DNA of 64,000 nucleotides from Candidatus Omnitrophota bacterium (GCA_043817155.1 JBDRHE010000008.1:1554-65553), one strand, 5' to 3'. Counted from the stretch's first letter, positions 9,135 to 19,064 are shown. Notes: generated by a model from the sequence alone, not told the origin. Numbers and translations are program-made.

Positions 9135-9166
9135 GGTTCTAACTTTGTCCAGCCAGCGACCCCAGC
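9135..9166 (+). repeat. 32-bp cassette-junction direct repeat, copy 5 (last)
   Basis: GGTTCTAACTTTGTCCAGCCAGCGACCCCAGC, identical to copy 2. Confidence 0.95.
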
Positions 9167-9273
9167 ATTTTGACGAAGACAAATGGGTGGCCCCTTTGAT
9201 CCGCCTGATTCTATCGCAGAAGAAGGTTTCCGTAGCTTATCCACGCAAATCTATCAATAAACAATATTAATAC

Positions 9274-9678
9274 ATGAAACTCTGTAGCGCATGTCTATTG
9301 GGTATTAGGTGCAGGTTCGATGGCAAAAGCAATGCCGAGAAAGCTATAATAGAGCTAGCGCGAACCGAAACGCTTATTCCGGTCTGTCCTGAACAGCTCG
9401 GGGGCTTGTCTACACCAAGAGACCCGGCCGAAAGGCTGGGGAATAGGGTGATCACAAAAGCAGGCAGGGATGTCACAAAAGAATATAGGACAGGATCTCT
9501 GGAAGTCCTGAAGCTGACCAAGATATACAATATTAAAGAGGCTATTCTTAAACAGGGAAGTCCCGCTTGCGGCCGCGGCCTTATTTGCGATGGGACATTT
9601 TCCGGAAATGCTATTAAGGGAAATGGTGTTACAGCCGAGCTCTTGCAGAAAAACGGCATTAATATTATAGCAAAGTAG
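9274..9678 (+). CDS. DUF523 / 2-thiouracil desulfurase (TudS)-family Fe-S protein
   Basis: SACLLG.CRFDG, CPEQLGGL.TPR, LKQGSPACG, GNGVTA. Confidence 0.88.
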   Translation: MKLCSACLLGIRCRFDGKSNAEKAIIELARTETLIPVCPEQLGGLSTPRDPAERLGNRVITKAGRDVTKEYRTGSLEVLKLTKIYNIKEAILKQGSPACGRGLICDGTFSGNAIKGNGVTAELLQKNGINIIAK

Positions 9679-9819
9679 GATCTCAGATCTTTGGGAAAAG
9701 GGGATGACAGAGAAAGAACTATGAAGACTCACTCACCGGCTACACATCATGTGACTATTTTAGCATAACAAATCAGCATTTATGCTATAATATCATCCGG
9801 AAAACATAGGAGGAAAAAA

Positions 9820-10203
9820 GTGGGCGGTAAAGTAGTTCTGGTAATCGATGATCAACAGGAGATGTGCAAACTGGTTAAAGAGAGTCTGGAAATAGCCGGA
9901 GACTATAAGGTAGCCATGGCTTTCAGCGGCCGGGAGGGGCTTAAGGCCGCGAAATCGATAAAACCGCACCTGATCCTACTCGACGTTATGATGCCTGCTA
10001 TGGATGGATTCGAGGTCTTAAAGTTGCTCAAGGAGAATAGCGCCACAAAGTCTATCCCGGTAGTTATGTTAACGGCAGTAGATAATGAGACAGCAAAATT
10101 GAAGGCTATGCAATTATACGATGAAGACTATCTGATAAAACCCGCACCTATAGAGAAATTGAGAAGCACCGTGGATAATGTGTTAAGAAGAAGAGGGCTC
10201 TGA
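9820..10203 (+). CDS. Single-domain response regulator (CheY-like)
   Basis: VIDD, LLDVMMP, MLTA, LIKP; GGAGG RBS before GTG. Confidence 0.92.
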   Translation: MGGKVVLVIDDQQEMCKLVKESLEIAGDYKVAMAFSGREGLKAAKSIKPHLILLDVMMPAMDGFEVLKLLKENSATKSIPVVMLTAVDNETAKLKAMQLYDEDYLIKPAPIEKLRSTVDNVLRRRGL

Positions 10204-10286
10204 AGCTTTAGGATCTGTCCCCTTAATTCCCTTAATTCTAGTCATTTTTTTTGATTTTTTATGTTCTATAGAGTATAATCATATCA

Positions 10287-11375
10287 ATGATAGACGTGAT
10301 TTATTTTCATAAGTTCAAATATCCTTACCTCATTCTGCTGCTTGTATTCTTCTCTTTTTTAGCGCTTGAAGCAGGGCCCCTACATGAAGTCTACATAGAC
10401 ATAAGCGTAAGCATACCAAAAGAGGTGAGGAAGACGGATTTCAGCTGGATAACGGTAAACGAATGGTTCAACGGCCAGGTGCGCCTGATAGAGAGTCATT
10501 CGGTGCTGCAGCACGTAAAGACCGGTATCGGTGAAGAGGCCTTAAAGGGGCTTCTTTTCGTTAAGCGACTCGATGCCGTGGATGTTATAAGAGTCTCTAT
10601 CCATTCGGATGACGATCCTCACATTCTGGGAGAAACGCTTAATAAGATCGGGACCGTCTATTTAGAGAGCTTGAGGGGGATCCTCGGCAAAGGGAAGGCG
10701 CTATCCGAGCCGATTGAAACGGTTGATACTGACGCTAGTAGGGCAAGTTATGAAAATACTCTGGCGGATTTGAAGGCAGAGGGCGTTAAGATAGAGAACG
10801 ACATAAAGGGCGCGCAGCAAAATTTAAACAGTTTAAAAAATGAGGTAGCGCCCCTTGAGGCCATAGAACGTGATTCGAAAAAGATCGAAAGCGAGATCGC
10901 CCGCGTAGGGAATACACTTTCCCCGCTTAATGAAAAACTTGCAAATTTGCTATCTGTTTATACCGAGAACTGGCCTACGGTTGTTGAGCTTAAGCAGAAG
11001 ATGGAGCCGCTTGAAACAGAGAAAGCGAGGCTTGAGGATGAGCTGGCCGTTGCCAGGGCCGCTTATGAAAACATAGATGCGCTGAGGCGGAGTATCGGCG
11101 AAGCAGAAGCTGTAATAAGAGATCTCCAGAACCAGGAGAGAGCGATAAGAATACGCTTAGCAGACCACATAAAAAAAGAGCCAAAGATCGAACCCAAAAT
11201 TGCGATAGACAAAGAAGAGACTTCATATGGCGCCATCATAACCCCTCCCACCAGAAAGATACTTTTCCAGGCAGTTGTAAGGGCTCTTATCGGCGCATTG
11301 TTGGGTTTTGCAATTTGGTTTGCAATCAGCAAGTTTTTTGCTAAAAGACAGAGTTACTTTGAATTAGAGAAGTAG
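10287..11375 (+). CDS. Coiled-coil membrane protein, Wzz/GumC-like polysaccharide co-polymerase
   Basis: N- and C-terminal TM segments, long coiled coil, YTENWPTV motif. Confidence 0.55.
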   Translation: MIDVIYFHKFKYPYLILLLVFFSFLALEAGPLHEVYIDISVSIPKEVRKTDFSWITVNEWFNGQVRLIESHSVLQHVKTGIGEEALKGLLFVKRLDAVDVIRVSIHSDDDPHILGETLNKIGTVYLESLRGILGKGKALSEPIETVDTDASRASYENTLADLKAEGVKIENDIKGAQQNLNSLKNEVAPLEAIERDSKKIESEIARVGNTLSPLNEKLANLLSVYTENWPTVVELKQKMEPLETEKARLEDELAVARAAYENIDALRRSIGEAEAVIRDLQNQERAIRIRLADHIKKEPKIEPKIAIDKEETSYGAIITPPTRKILFQAVVRALIGALLGFAIWFAISKFFAKRQSYFELEK

Positions 11376-11454
11376 ATAACATGCCTGCCCTCTCTTCTTT
11401 GCGAACCCCGTTAGAAAATACTTTTCTAACGGGGCGAGGAACCCTAGATAACAT

Positions 11455-12141
11455 ATGAAAGAGAGCGTACTATTTTCCTGGAGTGGCGGCAAGGATAGCG
11501 CTTTTGCGCTGTACGAATTTAAGAAGAATACCGATTTCGAGATCACCGCGCTTTTAACAACGATAACGGAAGACTACGGGAGGGTAAGCATGCATGGTAT
11601 ACGGCGCTCTCTACTTGAGCGTCAGGGCCAGATGCTTGGCATTCCTGTTGAGAAGGTGTCTATCTCAAAGAACGATTCACATGATGATTATAGCAATAAG
11701 ATGGAGAGTGTGCTTAGAGGATTTCTTGAGAAGAATGTCCGCGCGGTAGTTTTTGGCGATATCTTTTTAGAAGACTTAAGGAGATACAGGGAAGATAACC
11801 TGGCAAAGATAGGGATGAAAGCGCTCTTTCCGATATGGAAGAAGGAGACTTCCAGGCTGGCGCATGAATTTATCGATCTTGGGTTCAAAGCCGTGATCAC
11901 GTGCGTGGATGGGGAATATTTAGACAGGGCGTTTGTAGGCAGGGCTTTCGATAGAGAGTTCTTATCGGAACTTCCTACCACCATAGATCCATGCGGCGAG
12001 AATGGGGAATTCCACTCTTTCGCGTATGACGGACCCATATTTCAAAAAGGGATCGCCCATACCCTGGGCGATATCGTCTTAAGAGACGATCGTTTTTATT
12101 ACTGTGATGTTGTGCCGGATGAGAATAAAGAGCAGGAGTAG
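11455..12141 (+). CDS. Diphthine-ammonia-ligase-family PP-loop ATPase
   Basis: SWSGGKDS, RVSMHG, FGDIFL, DPCGENGEFH. Confidence 0.9.
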   Translation: MKESVLFSWSGGKDSAFALYEFKKNTDFEITALLTTITEDYGRVSMHGIRRSLLERQGQMLGIPVEKVSISKNDSHDDYSNKMESVLRGFLEKNVRAVVFGDIFLEDLRRYREDNLAKIGMKALFPIWKKETSRLAHEFIDLGFKAVITCVDGEYLDRAFVGRAFDREFLSELPTTIDPCGENGEFHSFAYDGPIFQKGIAHTLGDIVLRDDRFYYCDVVPDENKEQE

Positions 12142-12143
12142 TA

Positions 12144-12632
12144 TTGATGATGAAGGCGCTCGTGGTGGATGGGTATAACGCAATACACAAGATCCCTCAT
12201 TTAAGGACGCTTATGGACAAGAGCCTTCTTGAAGCACGCGATAGGGTAACGCGGCTAAGCCTGGAATACCAGCGCAGAGTCGGAGGCATTGACAAGATTC
12301 GTGTTGTTTTTGACGGCAAAGATATCTATAGAGACAAAGAGCCGCTCGCTTCGGATGCTCAGGTATTCTCGAAGACGGGTGAAGGCGACGATGAGATTTT
12401 GCGACAGGTAAGGATCCTATCGGAGAAATATCATGTCCTGGTCGTAACGGATGACAACTTCGTTAGGAACAACTCACGCGCGCACAAGGCAAGCGTAATA
12501 AGCGTATCTCGATTTATAGAGCAATTGGACAAAAAAGAGAAGAAGCGAGCCCGAGAGATGCCGGCAGGCAAGGTATCGCCCGAGAGCGCTCTCAAGATAA
12601 ATGAAGAGCTTAAGAGGCACTGGGGACTCTAA
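12144..12632 (+). CDS. NYN/YacP-like PIN-fold RNase
   Basis: VDGYN, VVFDG, GDDEI, VVTDD. Confidence 0.85.
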   Translation: MMMKALVVDGYNAIHKIPHLRTLMDKSLLEARDRVTRLSLEYQRRVGGIDKIRVVFDGKDIYRDKEPLASDAQVFSKTGEGDDEILRQVRILSEKYHVLVVTDDNFVRNNSRAHKASVISVSRFIEQLDKKEKKRAREMPAGKVSPESALKINEELKRHWGL

Positions 12633-12638
12633 TATTTT

Positions 12639-13373
12639 ATGTTCAGTGGTATTCTATTAGCGATAATACAGGCTGCCACCGAATTCTTACCCATATCATC
12701 CTCGGGGCACCTGGCTATAGCGACGAATTTGATCTCACAGCCGGATCTCTTCTTTTTTACAGCGCTACATTTAGCCAGCCTCATAGCGGTTCTTATCTTT
12801 ACAAGAAAAGAGCTTGCAAGTCTTGTGAAATTCAAGAAAGAGACAAGGAACTTGTGGCTCTTCTTGATGATCGCGACCATACCCTCCGCATTATTCGGGT
12901 TTTTCTTCAGGAGCCGGATCGAGGGAACTTTTTCGTCATTTCTATTTATAGGAATAGCGCTTTGCTTTACAGGGGTTATCCTATTCTTCACAAGGTTTAC
13001 AAAGGGAGGCTCGGATTTGAGCATTAAAAGCGCCCTCATAATAGGACTGTTCCAGACGCTCGCGCTATTCCCGGGAGTATCGAGGAGCGGGATCACGATC
13101 TCATGCGCTCTCTTCCTGGGTATCGGGAGGGAGAAAGCCGCAAAATTCTCATTTCTCCTCTTTGTTCCCCTGTCGCTTGGAGCGTTTATGCTGGAGGGGT
13201 TAGAAGGATGTTATGTCAATTTAGCTCTCGGGATCTCTTTTTTGACCTGTCTTATCTTGAGCTTGCTTTTTCTAAATCTTCTGATCTTTATACTTAAAAG
13301 AGACAGATTCTGGCTATTTTCAATTTACTGCGTTTTAGCCGGATTGGTGACTCTAGCTATAAATTATTTATAA
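12639..13373 (+). CDS. uppP: Undecaprenyl-diphosphate phosphatase
   Basis: TEFLPISSSGH and PGVSRSGIT motifs. Confidence 0.93.
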   Translation: MFSGILLAIIQAATEFLPISSSGHLAIATNLISQPDLFFFTALHLASLIAVLIFTRKELASLVKFKKETRNLWLFLMIATIPSALFGFFFRSRIEGTFSSFLFIGIALCFTGVILFFTRFTKGGSDLSIKSALIIGLFQTLALFPGVSRSGITISCALFLGIGREKAAKFSFLLFVPLSLGAFMLEGLEGCYVNLALGISFLTCLILSLLFLNLLIFILKRDRFWLFSIYCVLAGLVTLAINYL

Positions 13374-13392
13374 CTATTTAATACGTGAATTT

Positions 13393-13432
13393 AAAAGCAG
13401 TAGCCGGGGTTTAAACCCCGGCTACTGCTTTT
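13393..13432. terminator. Perfect 40-bp palindrome, probable bidirectional terminator between convergent genes
   Basis: AAAAGCAGTAGCCGGGGTTTAAACCCCGGCTACTGCTTTT. Confidence 0.8.
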
Positions 13433-13497
13433 GGTTTTCTTACAAGGTTACCTTCGGAATGCTGACCGATAACATTTTTATCCAAATTAGCCCCTTT

Positions 13498-13615
13498 GTC
13501 ATTCCCGCGCAAGCGGGAATCCAGGCGGAAAGTACAAACATATTAGAAAGATATACTTCTGGATCCCCGCTGGAGTTTAGACCGCAGCAGCGGTCCGGGG
13601 ATGACATGTGGGGAA
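13498..13615 (-). repeat. REP-doublet family A (GTCATYCCCGCG..GGATCC / GGATTCCCG..GGGAATGAC)
   Basis: Homologous to copies at 26811, 31331, 34355 and 60007. Confidence 0.8.
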
Positions 13616-13644
13616 AAAGCGGAAATGGCAGACACATAAATCTG

Positions 13645-14820
13645 TCAAACCATTATGAGCTTAGCAGGTGGGAAGCCGTTAAAACCGGCAGTGGCGCTTG
13701 CGCATGAATACGCGCCTATGTTCTTTACGTAGACTACGTCATTGACGTAAAGCTCAGGGACTTCACAATTTTCAGAAAGAGTATCGAGGGAATCACAGGT
13801 AGGTCCGGCAAGCGTGCTCAAGAATGTTTGCCCGCGTCTTAGGGTCCTGAACTGGTATCTGCAATGGTCAAAGACCATGCCGGAAAAGTCGGCATATATA
13901 CCGTCATTTAGATAATAGTAGTTCTTATTGTTGCGGAAAGTCCTACCGATAACCTGCGTGACAAGTATCCCGGAGGGCCCTACCAGGAACCGTCCCGGCT
14001 CGGCAATAAATTTAACGTTCTTATCGAAGCGGCCTTTAAGTTCACGTCTTATGTGAATAGCCATTCTTTCAAAGTTCACGCCTATCTCACGGTCAAAATG
14101 CTGTATAGGAAACCCTCCTCCTATATCCAGGATCTTCAAAGGCAGGCCCATCTTCCTGGCTTCTTTGAATATGTCTGATGCGATCTCGATTGCCTGTAGA
14201 TAGTTTTCAACATTGGTAGCCTGCGAACCCACATGAAAACTTATACCGGTTGGCGTAAGACCGAGCGCTTTCGCTTTTTGCAAGAGAAAGAAGGCCTGCT
14301 CGGGATCCGCGCCAAATTTAAGTGACAGTTCAACGAGGCTTCCATGGTTATTAACCTTGATACGGGCAAGGACGTGCGCTTTCGGATAATGCTTGGCAAG
14401 TTTATACAGCTCAGGCTCGTTATCAAAAGTTACAAGCCTCACCTTGCGTCTTCTGGCAGATATGATATCATCCGTAGATTTAATGGTGTTGGCAAATATC
14501 ACCTTCGGGGGCAAGGCGCCGAGCGACAAGACGTGCTTCATCTCCGCAGCGCTCGCTACATCAAAACCCGAACCCAGTTTTACAAATGTCTTGATTATAC
14601 CGGGGTAAGGATTTGCTTTTATGGCATAGTAAGGAATAACTTCGGGGAGGCATTTACGAAAACGGCGATATTGTTTTTCAAGGGTGCAGCGTCTGATGAT
14701 CATGAAAGGCGTCCGATGTCTCTTTATCATGGACCTTATGAGGCCCTCTACGCCGCTTATGTCGCTCTTAGGCTTTTGTGGCTTCAAACTCTCTTGCGTT
14801 AGCGCGGATGTCTTTTGCAT
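13645..14820 (-). CDS. Fold-type III PLP-dependent ornithine (lysine/ornithine) decarboxylase
   Basis: YAIKANP, FDVAS, HVGSQ, GGGF, EPGR, GPTCDS, GAY; start uncertain. Confidence 0.9.
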   Translation of the reverse strand: MQKTSALTQESLKPQKPKSDISGVEGLIRSMIKRHRTPFMIIRRCTLEKQYRRFRKCLPEVIPYYAIKANPYPGIIKTFVKLGSGFDVASAAEMKHVLSLGALPPKVIFANTIKSTDDIISARRRKVRLVTFDNEPELYKLAKHYPKAHVLARIKVNNHGSLVELSLKFGADPEQAFFLLQKAKALGLTPTGISFHVGSQATNVENYLQAIEIASDIFKEARKMGLPLKILDIGGGFPIQHFDREIGVNFERMAIHIRRELKGRFDKNVKFIAEPGRFLVGPSGILVTQVIGRTFRNNKNYYYLNDGIYADFSGMVFDHCRYQFRTLRRGQTFLSTLAGPTCDSLDTLSENCEVPELYVNDVVYVKNIGAYSCASATAGFNGFPPAKLIMV

Positions 14821-16279
14821 TTAACCTCTCTCTGGGGTCAACAAGAAATGTAGTGAATTGCCAGACGTCCTCTTCCTTTGGCCGCGGAATGTCAAACTTA
14901 GTAAATTTTGTATTAAGATTCTTTAGTGGCGTCCAGTCTACAGGGATTGAAATAAAAGGCTCTATATACGGAATAGAGGTCTTCAAAATGTCCTCATGGT
15001 CTATGTCATCCGGAAGAAGGAAACCCCTTTTAGGATTTCTTATCATCCATGACGCCGCCGCCACTACGGAGATCGCTACCTGAAGTGTCGTTGCCTGTTG
15101 ATGCGGAACGAGTTCACGTGACTTATGGATATCGAGCAGGCTTCCGCACCACCACGATTTAAAGTCATGCCCCATAAGGAGTACGCCAAGCTCATCTTTG
15201 CCATCTATTATCTCATCACTCATAATTCTCTGCTTCTCCTGCAGCTTAAATTGTCTCATCTCAAGCTCATGCATAGAATTGATCGCGGCATTGGAGGGGC
15301 AATATGCGTAGTGTACAGTCGGTCTATAAACAGCTTTTCCATTTTCCCACACAGTAAGTCTATCGGATATACCGAACGCTTCTCCGTGTCGGATGACCAT
15401 ACCAGTTATTTCGCCGCAGGGAACCCAGGACCGGACCCATGTCTTCATCCCTACGGATGCAAGGCATATCTGGTTCTTCGGACCGAAGTTATGGAAGTAA
15501 GCATTTTTAGGGACATAGTATTCGTGCGTTCCCCACCCTAGTTCTGCCGGAGCAACACCCTCTTCGTAAAACCCTTCGATACTCCAAGTATTTACAAATT
15601 CATTTAGCTCTTTTGGCCGGTTCGTGATCTGTGTATCCCTTTCACTTATATGAATAGTCTTGACGCCTTCGATCTGTGCAAGTCTTGCGAAATTCTTATT
15701 CTGAATAGCTTTTTCAAGCGCTCCGGCCCTGGAATCCCCGGGCTTCTCCTCCAAAATCTTTGAAGCTATGTCCAAAAGCGCGTTCTTGGTGAAGTGCGAT
15801 ACCAGTCCCGGGTTGGCTCCATGGTCTACAATGGCAGTTGTCCCGTTGTTATCCCCCCACCGCTCGATCATCTTGCGTAATTCCATGTGACGGGTATACA
15901 AAGTGTATTTGGTCGGGTCATTACGCTCAGAATCTTTATAAGGATTCCACTCTTCAACGGAAGTATTGACATAAAGTACCCGGTTATTTCGGCACCAATC
16001 TACAATAGATCTACAGTCAATATTCCATGCAAGATCGATGATCATGTCACCTGCGCCAACGAAGCCGGAAAGAAGCGTTTTATAGTTATCAATGGTAACC
16101 TTATCCATTGCATACTTTACGCCCTTTTCCATAGAACTCTTGACGCGCGCGCGATTATCTACATAATCCATAATGGTTATTCTCTCTGCCGGCATGTCGA
16201 TAAGCTTAAGTATCAGTGGTATCGCGCACTGAGACACCGAGCCGCACCCTATAACAAGCAGTTTACCGTTAAATTTCAT
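14768..16279 (-). CDS. hss: Homospermidine synthase
   Basis: GCGSV, HGANPGLVSHF, IHISERDTQ, NTWSIEGF, PAELGWG, RPTVHYAY, ATTLQV. Confidence 0.92.
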   Translation of the reverse strand: MKFNGKLLVIGCGSVSQCAIPLILKLIDMPAERITIMDYVDNRARVKSSMEKGVKYAMDKVTIDNYKTLLSGFVGAGDMIIDLAWNIDCRSIVDWCRNNRVLYVNTSVEEWNPYKDSERNDPTKYTLYTRHMELRKMIERWGDNNGTTAIVDHGANPGLVSHFTKNALLDIASKILEEKPGDSRAGALEKAIQNKNFARLAQIEGVKTIHISERDTQITNRPKELNEFVNTWSIEGFYEEGVAPAELGWGTHEYYVPKNAYFHNFGPKNQICLASVGMKTWVRSWVPCGEITGMVIRHGEAFGISDRLTVWENGKAVYRPTVHYAYCPSNAAINSMHELEMRQFKLQEKQRIMSDEIIDGKDELGVLLMGHDFKSWWCGSLLDIHKSRELVPHQQATTLQVAISVVAAASWMIRNPKRGFLLPDDIDHEDILKTSIPYIEPFISIPVDWTPLKNLNTKFTKFDIPRPKEEDVWQFTTFLVDPRERLNAKDIRANAREFEATKA

Positions 16280-16385
16280 CAGCCTTCCTCCATCGGTTGG
16301 GTTTATTTTATGTCAGTATAGCATATTTATTTATTTTGCGAAATAAAAAAATGAAATAGAAATAGAAAAATAATATTCTAAAAAA

Positions 16386-16447
16386 GATTACACACCTGCC
16401 TGCCGGCCCGCCTGCCAATGTGAAGTCTTGGCAGGCAGGCAGGGATT
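16386..16447 (+). repeat. 62-bp nested palindromic element
   Basis: Reverse complement of 29028-29089 with one mismatch. Confidence 0.85.
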
Positions 16448-16496
16448 ATTTTTAAATATATAACGTTTTGATTGCACGGGTGAAAAATATTGATAT

Positions 16497-16742
16497 GTCT
16501 TTGCGAGGCACCGGAATATTCGAACGTGCCGAAGCCTGCCTGCCCGAAATATACTGGCAGGCAGGCAATCTCATTCGAGCTAGTTTGAGATTGCTTCGGA
16601 ACACCAAGTATTCATCGGTTCCTCGCAATGACAGAAGAACGGAGATTGCTTCGGTGCGCTAGCTTATTACGGCACCTCGCAAAGACGAGGGGAGAAACAA
16701 TTGCTTCGGTGCGCTTAGCATATTACGGCACCGCGCAATGAC
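16497..16742. repeat. Cluster of family B REP-like palindromes
   Basis: GTCTTTGCGAGG..GCAATCTC / GAGATTGCTTCG..CCTCGCAAAGAC units; largely the reverse complement of 22516-22740. Confidence 0.88.
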
Positions 16743-16797
16743 AAGCTGACAGTCGAGCGTTTCGATGCATTTGCAAGGAGAACAATTTCAGATATAA

Positions 16798-18201
16798 TTA
16801 AGCAGCGGCGAGGTAGACCGTTTCGTTCTTTCGTGGTACGGAGACGCGGACGTTGATGGATTTTATATCCTTTCTCAAGCCCTCAGATTGGCGGGGTTCC
16901 CCATGAACGATGAATACTTTTTTAAGAGATCTCCCGCATTCTTTCACATAGCGAAGGAGGTTATGCTTATCTGCATGGGCGCTGAAGGAGTCGACCATGA
17001 CGACCTCAGCTCTCAGATGATAAGGCCTGCCGAATATATTGACCATTGGTTTTTTTTCAACGATCTTTTTGCCCAGGGTATTATTTGGCATGTACCCCAC
17101 AGCGATGATCGTATTGTAAGGATTTTCGATATTATTCTTAAGGTGATGCAGTATCCTTCCGTTTTCGCATGTACCGGAAGCTGAAATGATGATCATCGGG
17201 CCCGTCTTATCGTTAAGCTTTTTGGACTGGTCTACCTTCTGTATATAGGTGATATTCTTATTGCTAAGGGGGTCAAGTTCTTTTATATAGAGCTCTCTGG
17301 TCTCTTTGTCAAAATATTCCCAGCTGTTCTTAAAGACATTTGTAATATTCACCGCTAGTGGGCTATCTACATATATAGGAATATCCTTTATCTTCTTCTT
17401 TCGCAGTAAGCTGGACAGGTAATACAAGACTTCCTGCGATCGTTCCAAAGCGAAGGATGGGATGATGATCTTACCGCCGCGTTTTACCGTTCTATTTATT
17501 ATTTTCGAAAGATTCTCTTCAGCGTTTTGTACGGGAGGATGCGTCTTCGCGCCATAGGTGCTTTCGATGATCAGGTAGTTCACATCTTGTGGTATTTCCG
17601 GATCTCTCAGGTAGGGGAGGTTCGGCCTTCCGAGATCGACCGCGTAAGCAATGCGTGTCGTCCCTCTTTTTGTGCGGATATCGAATGTGGGTACCGATGA
17701 GCCCAGTATGTGCCCGGCGTCAAATAATGTAAGATCTATCCCTTGAGCTATGCTTAGCCTCGCGTGGTAGTCTAGGGTTTTACAGTATTTTAGGGATTTT
17801 TCAGCATCCTTCCTGACATATAGAGGCGACCTTGGCGGTAACCCGCGGCGCCTGTTTATCTTATTTACGTATTTTACATCCTCTTCCTGTATATGCCCTG
17901 AATCTGGCAACATGAATCGAAGAAGGTCCCTCGTGGAATGCGTAATGTAGGCCTTGGAGCGGAAGCCCTTTTTGACCAAGGTGGGGAAATTGCCACAATG
18001 GTCTATATGGGCGTGGGATATGACGCAACAGTTCAGATCAGAAGGATTAAAAGGGAACTGCGAGTTTGTCTCATAGAATTCATCGCGCCGCCCCTGGAAG
18101 AGGCCCACATCTATTAGAACATTTGCTTTTTCTGTAGACAGTAGATGCATCGATCCCGGCACGGCCCCGACACCGCCACAGAATTTAATTGTTATCGCCA
18201 T
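16798..18201 (-). CDS. MBL-fold beta-CASP metallo-hydrolase (putative ribonuclease)
   Basis: SHAHIDHCG, AGHILGS, ESTYG, IPSFALER, FSAHAD, VHGE. Confidence 0.92.
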   Translation of the reverse strand: MAITIKFCGGVGAVPGSMHLLSTEKANVLIDVGLFQGRRDEFYETNSQFPFNPSDLNCCVISHAHIDHCGNFPTLVKKGFRSKAYITHSTRDLLRFMLPDSGHIQEEDVKYVNKINRRRGLPPRSPLYVRKDAEKSLKYCKTLDYHARLSIAQGIDLTLFDAGHILGSSVPTFDIRTKRGTTRIAYAVDLGRPNLPYLRDPEIPQDVNYLIIESTYGAKTHPPVQNAEENLSKIINRTVKRGGKIIIPSFALERSQEVLYYLSSLLRKKKIKDIPIYVDSPLAVNITNVFKNSWEYFDKETRELYIKELDPLSNKNITYIQKVDQSKKLNDKTGPMIIISASGTCENGRILHHLKNNIENPYNTIIAVGYMPNNTLGKKIVEKKPMVNIFGRPYHLRAEVVMVDSFSAHADKHNLLRYVKECGRSLKKVFIVHGEPRQSEGLRKDIKSINVRVSVPRKNETVYLAAA

Positions 18202-18280
18202 TAGGCTTGTATGATATAATAACGCAGAGGTTTTAGCAATACTTAAATTACGAATTATATATACAAAATTCTAATTAACA

Positions 18281-18375
18281 AACTATAGTTTTAAGCTCTA
18301 AGCTTTAAGCCGTAAGCTAAAAACAGGTTAAGCTTATAACTTACGGCTTATGGCTTATAGCTGCGTGTTATAGTT
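18281..18375. repeat. Hairpin built from 7-nt tandem repeats
   Basis: Left arm TAAGCTC TAAGCTT TAAGCCG TAAGCTA; right arm AGCTTAT AACTTAC GGCTTAT GGCTTAT AGCT. Confidence 0.8.
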
Positions 18376-18410
18376 CTATCTGTGCTAATCTGTGTATAAG
18401 GAGGGCAATA

Positions 18411-19043
18411 ATGGAAAGAGTTTCGAAAAGAATAGGCTGGGAGATCATTAAGAAAGCAGCGCTGCCTTCTCTTATGCTGTTTTCTCTTATTTATGGATAC
18501 ATTTTCTATAAGTTAAAAGTGGTGCCTACATTATCGCAGGCGGCTTCCGGGGAGCTTACTAAATATATAGGAACGATATTCATTCTCTCCATAGCCATAC
18601 TTTTTCAGAGGATCATCGGGGCGGTCCTCGGGTGGTATAGCGAGAATATTGCATCTAAAACGAAGACCAAGATGGATGATAAGTTAATACCCGTATTTAG
18701 GAAAACCATAAAGGTAATCGTATGGATAATAGCTATACTCGCAGCTCTTCCTCTTTATGGAATTAACATAAGCGCTCTTATAGCCACACTTGGAGTCGGT
18801 TCTCTGGCCATTGCTTTGGCTGCCCAGGATACCATTGCGAATATAATCGCGGGGTTCCTTATCATGATCGACGCGCCTTTTATGATAGGCGATAAGGTAA
18901 AGATCCCTTCAGGCGAGATAGTGAAGGTGCTGGATGTGGGCATAAGAAGATCGAAGTTCCTGTCCGATGATAAGTCGGTCATCATCGTGCCCAATCTGGA
19001 CCTGAGCAAGAGCAAGATCGTGAACTATACTTACGGGGCGTAA
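18411..19043 (+). CDS. MscS-family small mechanosensitive channel (short form)
   Basis: LGVGSLAIALAAQDTIANIIAG, PFMIGD, IVPN. Confidence 0.88.
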   Translation: MERVSKRIGWEIIKKAALPSLMLFSLIYGYIFYKLKVVPTLSQAASGELTKYIGTIFILSIAILFQRIIGAVLGWYSENIASKTKTKMDDKLIPVFRKTIKVIVWIIAILAALPLYGINISALIATLGVGSLAIALAAQDTIANIIAGFLIMIDAPFMIGDKVKIPSGEIVKVLDVGIRRSKFLSDDKSVIIVPNLDLSKSKIVNYTYGA

Positions 19044-19064
19044 GAGAGTAATTAGGAGCCAAAG

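Noticed and set aside
9112-9160. GTCGCTGG/CCAGCGAC inverted repeat at repeat copy 5
   Set aside because: Only 8 bp and absent from the other four copies; may be chance.
5288-9166. 32-bp repeats as a CRISPR array
   Set aside because: The intervals are 0.4-1.2 kb and contain whole genes; there are no cas genes.
5288-9166. Repeats as classical integron attC sites
   Set aside because: TCTAAC resembles an R'' box, but there is no matching downstream GTTRRRY or extended attC palindrome, and no intI in the window.
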